From the sequence record MW749003.1: a stretch of DNA of 64,000 nt. One strand, written 5' to 3'. How positions within the stretch are numbered: the first letter of the stretch is position 1; every line of letters starts with the position of its first letter. The notes beneath the pieces were generated by a model, which did not search any database, was not told where the DNA came from, and was given only the letters and a program-made list of their open reading frames with translations. Below, in pieces: positions 20,698-28,762 of the stretch. The position numbers and the translations under genes are program-made.

Positions 20698-21384
20698 TTA
20701 TTCTTCATCTTCAGTAAATTCTACTACATCATAAATATTTCCATTTTCATCTCTTGCAATGTATTCCCCATTTTCTTCTGTAATCTCTATTTGCAGATCT
20801 GGTAATTCAGCATCTTCTATAATATTATAATCGCCATCCAGACAATAAATATTTTTCTCCATATCTACTACATATTGATAGTCATTTATTTTTTCCTCTA
20901 TTACTGTCTCTTCCTTTTCAGAATTGCTTTCATTTTGTTCTTCTTTCAATCTTGCTTCTAATAATGCATCTACTTCTTCATCATTTTTCTGTGATCCAGA
21001 AATATCTTCAGATTCTTGTTTATTTATAATTTCACTAAATTTTTTATCTTTTTTATTATTAAGAATATAATCATGAACACCAGCAACAATTTCTCTAATA
21101 TCAGAGTTATCGCCACCCTCTTGATTTCTTTGATTTTTAAGTGCAATATCAGCCTCAGTTTTCTTAGCATTTACGATTTGCTGAATGATAGATATCTTAC
21201 CAGTTTTAAGTGAAATTAAATTAGAAGTTTGTTTTTCTATAAATGTAAGAGTTCCATTACTGCCACTATTTTTAACTTTATCATAATGCTCTTTTGTTTC
21301 ATCATATAATTCATCGATTTTTTCTAATTCATTCTGAAGAATACTTAATTCTTTAGAAATATCGATATTAATATTATCAGCCAT
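20698..21384 (-). CDS. Hypothetical acidic coiled-coil protein, late class
   Basis: 228 aa; late promoter AACA ttatat TA at 21413-21424; hairpin at ~20663-20695. Confidence 0.8.
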   Translation of the reverse strand: MADNINIDISKELSILQNELEKIDELYDETKEHYDKVKNSGSNGTLTFIEKQTSNLISLKTGKISIIQQIVNAKKTEADIALKNQRNQEGGDNSDIREIVAGVHDYILNNKKDKKFSEIINKQESEDISGSQKNDEEVDALLEARLKEEQNESNSEKEETVIEEKINDYQYVVDMEKNIYCLDGDYNIIEDAELPDLQIEITEENGEYIARDENGNIYDVVEFTEDEE

Positions 21385-21446
21385 TTTTTATCACCCCTAT
21401 AATATTTAATACTAATATAATGTTCCGTATTAAAAAGATTTTCAAG

Positions 21447-21456
21447 TATATATTAT
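21447..21456 (+). promoter_or_regulatory. Early promoter-like TATATATTAT
   Basis: The motif sits immediately upstream of the structured intergenic region. Confidence 0.6.
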
Positions 21457-21776
21457 TACTGTGACGATATCGAAGTAATAGAATTTCGTCATAATTCCTA
21501 CGGTATCATTGTAGGGTAATTTTCTTAGATATTGTTCATTTACACGGACTCAAACATGTTCCCGTAGCTGTAACAATAAGAAACACAAAAACTAGTAATA
21601 AATAAGGTAATAAAAGAATGGTTGGAAAGACAAAAATATTCATCAGGCTACATACCACGAAAAGTGTATTGAACGAATGACAATACCCACCTAGTGATTA
21701 TAGCAAGATCTTTCACCATTCTCCGTATCCTTATAAAGAGAAAAAGGATTTTTTAAAATGGAGAGGAGAATACGCT

Positions 21777-21857
21777 ATGACAAACACAGTTGAGAAAAAT
21801 GATTGTCTGGGAAAATTCCCTATTGATGCAGTAAGAATTAGAAGTTCTATTATTTAA
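21777..21857 (+). CDS. 26-aa small ORF MTNTVEKNDCLGKFPIDAVRIRSSII
   Basis: Strong RBS GAGAGGAG 8 nt before the ATG; lies inside the structured transcript. Confidence 0.45.
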   Translation: MTNTVEKNDCLGKFPIDAVRIRSSII

Positions 21858-21879
21858 ACATATACGACGACTACTTTTA

Positions 21880-21917
21880 CTATGGGTGGGGGCAACCCCA
21901 CCCATAGGGCTTTTTTT
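21880..21917 (+). terminator. Strong intrinsic terminator
   Basis: CTATGGGTGGGG-GCAA-CCCCACCCATAG followed by GGC and T7. Confidence 0.9.
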
Positions 21918-21966
21918 GGTCAATGTATAAAGATTTCGTCAAAATACTTAATGGGGAGGTTTTTGA

Positions 21967-22740
21967 TTGAATTGGTTTAAAAGAATGTTTATGGCAAAGG
22001 AGAAGGATAAGGAAATTGATTCACTAAGAAGGATGGTTGAACAGAGTAATGAAACTATTAAACTCATGGATGGTGTCATAAAAAGATTAGAGGATAATAT
22101 GACTAAATCCAGACAAGAATCAGCAGCAACTCTTCAGGAAGAAAAAGAATATCAAGATCAAATGAAATTGGAATCAGAAAGGATGCGGGAATATGAATAT
22201 ATTCAAAATGCTCAAAAAGTTGTTTCTACTTATTTAACTAAATATCTAGATCGTTTTAATCTAATTGAAAATCGTTTTTCACTTGCTCATAATATAGATC
22301 TTCTTTCTAATTCTGATGACTTAATGTTTAAAATTGTACAAATGATTAAATTGTCTAAGACAAGTGTTGAATTTGCTACTGTTTGGAACAATCATGTTAT
22401 AAGAATTAGTATTGATAATGATGAAGATGATGTATATTATAGTATTAATGGTGGAAAAAATCTAAGTTCCGACATTGTAGGAACCAAATTTCTTACTAAA
22501 TTTAAGAAGGATATCCAATTAGATATATTGAATTTTCCATGTGTTCAGACAAATAAGATTTACGAAGTAACTGGTAAAAAGTACAAGTATGTCTTAGCTA
22601 ACTCAAGAAGAGAATGTTATTATATACTTAAAGATAAAGAGATGAAAACAAAAATAAAAGAAGTTAGTTTTGTTGAACCAAGTGCATATACACGTTCTAT
22701 TAGATCTAGACTAGTATATGTAGTGCCTCATCAAACTTAA
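21967..22740 (+). CDS. Hypothetical protein with N-terminal coiled coil
   Basis: 257 aa; GGGGAGG RBS and TTG start. Confidence 0.8.
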   Translation: MNWFKRMFMAKEKDKEIDSLRRMVEQSNETIKLMDGVIKRLEDNMTKSRQESAATLQEEKEYQDQMKLESERMREYEYIQNAQKVVSTYLTKYLDRFNLIENRFSLAHNIDLLSNSDDLMFKIVQMIKLSKTSVEFATVWNNHVIRISIDNDEDDVYYSINGGKNLSSDIVGTKFLTKFKKDIQLDILNFPCVQTNKIYEVTGKKYKYVLANSRRECYYILKDKEMKTKIKEVSFVEPSAYTRSIRSRLVYVVPHQT

Positions 22741-22748
22741 TGCTTATA

Positions 22749-22782
22749 AGAGTAAAGTCTTTTATAGACTTTACTCTTTTTT
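22749..22782. terminator. Bidirectional terminator
   Basis: AGAGTAAAGTCT/AGACTTTACTCT plus T-run between convergent genes. Confidence 0.75.
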
Positions 22783-25700
22783 TTATTCCCTAGTTAGAGA
22801 ATAGATTGCTTGTATTGCTTCATTCCCAATTTGGCGGGAGTTTCGACCCATTTGATCTAACATATTTTTCTTTTCCCATATTAGTCGTTCTGCTTCTTCA
22901 TTAGCTTCTTTACTAAATACTCCACGTAGAGATACTGTATCACCCAAAATCTTCCAGTAGATTCGCTACATCTACTGCGTTCTCTTATGAACTGCTCTAT
23001 ATTACTATAGAGATGAGACTATATCTTCACAATATAATTGTGCCCTCCGTTTCCATTTAAAGAGGAATTATAACCTTATTACGGAATACCTCTACCGCTT
23101 GGCTGTACTCTACTCCCTTCCATCTAACTAGCGTTATCACAGCGATCTGTTAGAGTGGTTTCGATAGTCGTTGAACCTTCATCTTTAAATGAATTAAAGA
23201 CGCTTGGATGCTGATTGTCCATATAGGATTTTCCAGCAGTTAAAAGGGTTTTACTACGACAGTAGATTATTATCTTTTATAGGTAAATACTAAATTACCA
23301 CAATCCCATATTCTTTTAAATCTAGTTTTATCCATGATTTCAAATTCAGTACTATTATCACTATATAATTTTGGAAATTTCTTTTTGAGATTAGACTTTC
23401 TATAATTAAATCTATGGAATCGTTGAGTTTTTTCAACATTAACATACCAATAGTTGGGTTTACTAATATGACTTAATTCAAATTTATTATTGATATAAAC
23501 ATTACCATCTGACCAGCGTCTATCTGCATAGGTTATTAATTCTTTCCACTCATAATTTCTCTCGAAGTATTTGAGAAGTTTACTAAAAGCACCTATTACT
23601 CTATAGTCCATATCGGTAGCGAATCTTGATAGTTCAAAAATATTATCAACACTATTTCTACCTAGACTTTTTCTAAGTTTACTAAAAGTCATAACCGCTA
23701 CAAGTTCATCGCCATCTTCTTTTGGAAGCCATAAGCCTAATTTAATTGATGACAAATCTTTTCCCTGAATGTGATTTCTTTCTAGGAATTCATTTTTAAA
23801 ATTGTTATCAATTACTTCTACATAACAATTTCTAGCGTATATTTTAGTAGAATTATTTAATTTTAGTAAGTGTCTTATTTTTTCTTTTACTATGAGAGGT
23901 TTGTTAACCCATTCGTCTTCAAAAATTTGAATTAGTCTAATCCCTTTACTATTACATTTTTCTAATTTTTCTAAATGATAGTTTCTTTTCTTCCCCATTT
24001 GCTCTGAATGCCAATATAAACCATTAAATTCAAAAGCAATTTTTTTGGAAGGAATAAATATATCAATCTCTTTACCTTCAAGTAATTTCCTGTCATTACA
24101 TATGACTTTATCTACAACTAATCCTTTAATAAAAGAAGATAGTTCTTTTTCCATTTTTGATGAACTTTTAAATGCACAATATGGACATCTATTTCCATTA
24201 TTAAAGTTTTTAATTGTAACTTCATACTCCTTATTACAACTATGATGTAACAACCTAATCTTCGTTTTATTATTACGATATTCACCTAATAATGAATACT
24301 CATTATTTGTAACTAAGCTAATTTTTCTTTTAACCTCATCAGTAGTTAGCCTTCTTTTACCAGAACATTGAGGACATCTATTTTTCAAAGCATAATAAGG
24401 AGTAGTCTTCCATTCATAATTACAGTCATTACATCTGAAAAGTATTTTGGTATCGATATTGATATATTTCTCAAGACTTATAAGTCTTCCATTAGTCTTT
24501 TCTTTTAATTCCTTCTTAAACTCATCATTGCTTTTTAATCTTGATTTACCTTTATTAATATCAGCACACTGAGGACATCTACTACCATTATGAAATATAT
24601 CAGGTCTAACCTCATATATATTTCCACATAGTTCATGCCTTAATTTGATTTTAGTCTTATTGTTAATATATTCATTGGATAAAACTGTATAGGTATTGTT
24701 AGTTAGTAATTTAACTTCTTCTTTGAATTCATCCAGTGTCTTTTTGCGTGGCATACACTAATACCTCCAAATAATTAATAATTATTTGTTTATTTGACAC
24801 TGTATTCCCTTAAAAAGAAATAATATTGAATTTATCGTAGTCCCCGCCTAAAGCCTTTAAATAACCATTATAAGGAATTACTGTATCAACAAAAAGTTCA
24901 TCCTCTGCGGGATAGTCAGGGTATATAACAGGATAATCAGGTAAGTATCTATCTTCCAGCTTTTGAGGTCGTGTTTCTTTTGTTGAGAGAATTCTAATTT
25001 TACTTGGATAAATATTCTATAGTGATAGGTAAAGATTTGATATAATCTCCTCTTTTTCCCCCACTTCACACCCTACGTGCGACTTTCACCGCATAAGGCG
25101 TTCCATCAAAATATATTATTTTGACTATGACCCTTCGCTCCAATGGAGTTACCCATCTTCATAACTACTATGGTCTGCTGACTTTCTATATAAGAGTATC
25201 AACTATAATTTCTCTTATATAGAATCTCTGACGTTCCGTAAATGATAGTATAGCTATAACTTAGATGCCTTCTGCCCTATATAAACTTCTATTGTACCAC
25301 ACTTTACAATCAGGTCGTTCACCAGTACCGTATTACTAAACCCTGAATTTATATAGTATAAAAAGGTTCGTGTTCCTCATCATATTATAGCACCGCCCAC
25401 CCTATCTATTAGTATTATAGCATTACTAATATTCAGATGACTTCACCTAACTTCATACAAATATTTTATATAGTTTAAAATAGATGCATGTAGGAGTATT
25501 AGCGACAAGTCTTCAATGAAAATGGTCATATCTTTTACTTGTTCTCATTTACAGTTTAGATTATAAAATCTACTCCATTTCACATTAAATGCTTATAGGA
25601 GAACGTCACATACGATACTGCTCTATTGGATATCTTGTTACATATACATGTTTATCTTTGGTAATATCAACTGCCGCAATGAATAGAATATCAGTTAATG

Positions 25701-26778
25701 TAAAGTTACGTCCTAGTTCTTCTCTATATAATGGAATAGGAATTTCATTCCCCTTATCATCTTTAATCATTAAACTATTAAAACGACTTTCAATAGACTT
25801 AATGTATAATGAGATCATCTTTTTAACTGCTTCCTCAGAAAATTGTTCTCTTATATTACTAATAGTTATCTCTTTTCCATTATGCTTAAATTTACTAAGT
25901 TCTGATTCACGTTCAAGAATATAATCTTGGATATATTTAAGAAAGAATGGATAAAATTCTACCACTAATTGTGATAGGGGAATACCTGTCCATCCAAATC
26001 TAATAGGGTTATCCTTCCAGCTATTTGACTTAAATCGTGGTGCTGAGATTACACTACGAGTTGCATAATCAACAGATTTACCTAAAGAGTTTTGATGGAA
26101 CATACCATTTTTACCAGCTAAAGAGGATGTAAAATAGTCATAGATATCATATAAAAGAGTCTGAATAGATGATTCTGTTATTACTCCCATAAAATCATAA
26201 TCTTCACCCTTAGAAATTGATTGGCTATACCTAATTAATTTAGCATATTTGTCATTCACTTCATCAACAGCTTTAATCGTATCATTAGAAGATTTTGAGG
26301 GATTATAATCTCTATAAAATGCTGGAATCACTAAATATTTGTCAATAAATATATCATCCTTACCAAGTTTATTTAATAATGTAAGATAACTTGTTCGTCT
26401 ATCAGTTCCAGTATTACTAAATTTTAATTGGTCGTAAATAGTATAAAAATAGGTAACTCCAGTTTTACCATTATCTTTATCTTCAACTAACTTGCCGCCC
26501 TCAACTTTAAAATATTTCTTTCCAGATAGACAATCTGCAATTTTTCGATCCATAGAGGTTAGAAGCTTATAAATTACTGGATGGAGAAATTTTCTCTTTA
26601 AGTCTATATAACCGAAAATTATTTTTCTTTCTTTACTTCCCGGATAACCAAAAATACTAGTTGAAAATAATCCATCTTCAGTTGGTATATTTCCCATATT
26701 AAAGTAAATCGGATTTGTTACTTCTTTACATGCATGAGAAGTAATAAATTTATCTATATTTAATGTATCTATTTTCAT
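22783..26778 (-). CDS. Multisubunit RNAP beta' N-terminal (catalytic) subunit, probably virion RNAP, spliced: complement(join(22783..22944,24834..25018,25614..26778)), 503 aa
   Basis: GLFSTSIFG, GKSVDYATRSVI and TRYP motifs. The spliced frame (1512 nt) reads TRYPIEQY|QNIYPSKI...NGYLKALGGDYD|GDTVSLRG, restoring the DxDGD catalytic motif. The late promoter at 26801-26812 fits a packaged enzyme. Confidence 0.92.
22945..24833 (-). mobile_element. Group I intron (1889 nt) with a homing endonuclease gene in the P1 loop, inserted in the DYD|GD active-site motif
   Basis: Exon end CUACGAU pairs with GUCGUAG (23254-23260). P4, R and S elements and the conserved 3' module lie at 22945-23250; terminal G at 22945. 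Confidence 0.93.
23270..24754 (-). CDS. Intron-encoded homing endonuclease: Zn-finger repeats + Vsr/EDxHD-like nuclease + C-terminal Mom-like GNAT domain
   Basis: Three H/C-xx-C...RCPxC repeats; EIDIFIP...FEFNGLYWH; ELSRFAT...ITYADRRWSDGNVY. Own late promoter at 24779-24790 and GGAGG RBS. Confidence 0.8.
   Translation of the reverse strand: MPRKKTLDEFKEEVKLLTNNTYTVLSNEYINNKTKIKLRHELCGNIYEVRPDIFHNGSRCPQCADINKGKSRLKSNDEFKKELKEKTNGRLISLEKYINIDTKILFRCNDCNYEWKTTPYYALKNRCPQCSGKRRLTTDEVKRKISLVTNNEYSLLGEYRNNKTKIRLLHHSCNKEYEVTIKNFNNGNRCPYCAFKSSSKMEKELSSFIKGLVVDKVICNDRKLLEGKEIDIFIPSKKIAFEFNGLYWHSEQMGKKRNYHLEKLEKCNSKGIRLIQIFEDEWVNKPLIVKEKIRHLLKLNNSTKIYARNCYVEVIDNNFKNEFLERNHIQGKDLSSIKLGLWLPKEDGDELVAVMTFSKLRKSLGRNSVDNIFELSRFATDMDYRVIGAFSKLLKYFERNYEWKELITYADRRWSDGNVYINNKFELSHISKPNYWYVNVEKTQRFHRFNYRKSNLKKKFPKLYSDNSTEFEIMDKTRFKRIWDCGNLVFTYKR
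25019..25613 (-). mobile_element. ORF-less group II intron (595 nt, IIB/bacterial class B-like)
   Basis: 5' end GUAUG; D1 closure UGACGUUC/GAACGUCA; ~25-nt D4 hairpin; D5 ACGCCUUAUGCGGUGAAAGUCGCACGUAGGGUGUG (CGC triad, GAAA loop); D6 ending CCUAUCACUAU. Excision restores the frame (c+ag = Gln). Confidence 0.9.
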
Positions 26779-26868
26779 TTAAATTTCCCTCCTATTATTA
26801 TAATAATTTGTTAACGGTTTAAGAGAAATGAACAAAAAAAAAAATATGAAGGGATTAACCTTCATATT

Positions 26869-27132
26869 TTATTTAAATTCAATTTTTTCATTTCCCAATG
26901 GCATAATTCTAATACTGTTACTAACTGAGTCGTTTACAATAATACAATCAATTGATCTATTATCTTTTAAATAAATTAGTCTTTTAATGAGAGTTGGTTT
27001 TTTAGGATCAGACATTTTATTTAATGTATCAAGCTTATTTATTACATCTTTAGTAGTTTCTCCGCATAATAATTCTGATTTTTTATATCCTTTAACAATA
27101 GTTAAATAAAAGTTTTCATTTAGGTATTTCAT
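26869..27132 (-). CDS. Hypothetical protein
   Basis: 87-aa ORF with RBS, followed by a hairpin at ~26843-26868. Confidence 0.7.
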   Translation of the reverse strand: MKYLNENFYLTIVKGYKKSELLCGETTKDVINKLDTLNKMSDPKKPTLIKRLIYLKDNRSIDCIIVNDSVSNSIRIMPLGNEKIEFK

Positions 27133-27160
27133 ATATTAGTCCTTTTTATTATATTTTTGA

Positions 27161-27622
27161 TCAATGATTATATGATTCAATTGTTACTGAAATCTCTTTA
27201 ATTCCAAAGCTTTTAATAGTATTTTTAATTCTTTCAAATTGTTCATCAATATTATCAATATTAATATCTTGGATGTTTAAACTTATAGAACCACTATCAA
27301 ATTTCTTTTCAATTGGTTTATTTAAAGATTCATTAACTATGTGAGTTGGTGTAATTCCCTTTACATTATCCTTTTCTTCTGTATAATTTAAAGGTTTTCT
27401 AACTCCATATCTAATTTCTTCTTCTGGAGTCATTTTTCTAGTGATTACCTCACCATGCATACTTTCTTTTCGTGGTCTCTTACCTCTAATTTTTGAACCA
27501 TGATATTGTACTGTTTGATATTTTACCCCAGTCTTTTTAGAAATATCAGAATAAGACAGATCAGTCTCTCCAATTAATCTTTTTGCTTCTTCAATATTAT
27601 ATTGCCCATTCTCTCTTCCCAT
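27161..27622 (-). CDS. Helix-turn-helix DNA-binding protein
   Basis: N-terminal LSYSDISKKTGVKYQTVQYH HTH pattern. Confidence 0.65.
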   Translation of the reverse strand: MGRENGQYNIEEAKRLIGETDLSYSDISKKTGVKYQTVQYHGSKIRGKRPRKESMHGEVITRKMTPEEEIRYGVRKPLNYTEEKDNVKGITPTHIVNESLNKPIEKKFDSGSISLNIQDINIDNIDEQFERIKNTIKSFGIKEISVTIESYNH

Positions 27623-27672
27623 TATTTTTCCCCATTTCTATTTAATATTTATATAGTTTTGTTTCTCAAATT

Positions 27673-27894
27673 TTATAATTCTTTAAATAAAAGATAAAAT
27701 AAAATAATAATGATTATTAAAATAATTCCAAAGGGAATGTATATAATAGGATCACTTATATGAAGAATTGTACTACTTTTATCATCTTCATAGAGGTAGT
27801 TAACAGGATGTGTAGGACTTAATAAATTATTTGGACTGGTAGGATTTAAAGGACTTGTTGGATTAGCAGGATTTAATTGACTAGATGGATTCAT
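27673..27894 (-). CDS. Small membrane protein with NPxSP repeats
   Basis: NPSSQLNPANPTSPLNPTSPNNLLSP followed by a C-terminal transmembrane helix. Confidence 0.7.
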   Translation of the reverse strand: MNPSSQLNPANPTSPLNPTSPNNLLSPTHPVNYLYEDDKSSTILHISDPIIYIPFGIILIIIIILFYLLFKEL

Positions 27895-27957
27895 CTTATT
27901 CTCTCCTTTGTAGACAAAAATAAAAACATAAGAGACTTATAAGTCTCTTATGTCATG

Positions 27958-28683
27958 TTATACTGCTTTCTCTTCCGTTTCTGGTCTTTCAATGATTACA
28001 TATGGAACTGCGTTAAATCCTTTTTTCATTAGATTTTCATTAAAGCCATCAATATCTTTATTGTTATAACCAGTTGATGGAATATAAATATCTACTTCTT
28101 CAAAACCATCATTACAATTTTCTACAATATCATTAATATTTGATAATTCATCTTCTACAATCATTTTTACATTCTTTAGATTCTTAATATAATCTGATTT
28201 CTTTTCATTTTTCCCAACAAAAATAATCTCTACTTTATTAGAATTTAAGAAAGTTTCAATAAATTTTCTTTTTCCTTCTTTGGTTCCTTCACTTGTTCTT
28301 GTTACAACATAGATTTTATCTACGAATTTTTGTAATGATAATTTATAAATTCCTTCACACATTTTAGTTGGCATACAATCTTCATAAAATTCATCGTTAT
28401 CATATAATGAATAAAATCTTTCAAATAATTCTTTTTCTTCTTCATCTGATAATACAAGATTTTCTTTTCTTAACCATTTATTTAAATGAAATTCTGGACG
28501 TGATAGTACTGTTTGATAATGTTCAAATGTACCAAATTCCAATCCTTCTAGTTTACTTAAATCAAAGTATTTTCCAAAATAATCAGCATTTTGCTGAATC
28601 TTATGAACCCATAAAGGACTAATGTCAGTTAATACCTCATCGCAGTCTGTAACAATTGAAAATGGTTCTTTAATAGAAAACAT
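27958..28683 (-). CDS. HAD-superfamily 5'(3')-deoxyribonucleotidase
   Basis: Motif I DCDEVLTD, motif II VVTRT, motif III K, motif IV IVEDE. Confidence 0.75.
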   Translation of the reverse strand: MFSIKEPFSIVTDCDEVLTDISPLWVHKIQQNADYFGKYFDLSKLEGLEFGTFEHYQTVLSRPEFHLNKWLRKENLVLSDEEEKELFERFYSLYDNDEFYEDCMPTKMCEGIYKLSLQKFVDKIYVVTRTSEGTKEGKRKFIETFLNSNKVEIIFVGKNEKKSDYIKNLKNVKMIVEDELSNINDIVENCNDGFEEVDIYIPSTGYNNKDIDGFNENLMKKGFNAVPYVIIERPETEEKAV

Positions 28684-28762
28684 TAAATCCTCTCCCTGTA
28701 ATTATAATACGCACGAAGGAATATTAGAATAATACCATTATATTCTAATAATATAAATGCTT

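Larger units (their letters stand above)
21460..21917 (+). ncRNA. Candidate structured RNA or regulatory leader (~450 nt)
   Basis: No ORF of 60 aa or more; successive stems can be drawn; bounded by an early promoter motif and a strong GCAA-loop terminator. Confidence 0.5.

Noticed and set aside
21460-21917. tmRNA, tRNA, RNase P or CRISPR interpretation of the structured region
   Set aside because: No tRNA-like acceptor/T-arm or CCA end, no recognisable RNase P core, no repeat-spacer periodicity.
24878-25069. 63-aa ORF MKWGKK...
   Set aside because: Wrong frame; overlaps group II D6 and the true exon (QNIYPSKI...GGDYD).
25186-25224. GAUACU as EBS1 of the group II intron
   Set aside because: It is complementary to the exon end but lies in the hairpin after D1 closes (D2), not in D1; GGUACUG at 25323-25329 is the better candidate.
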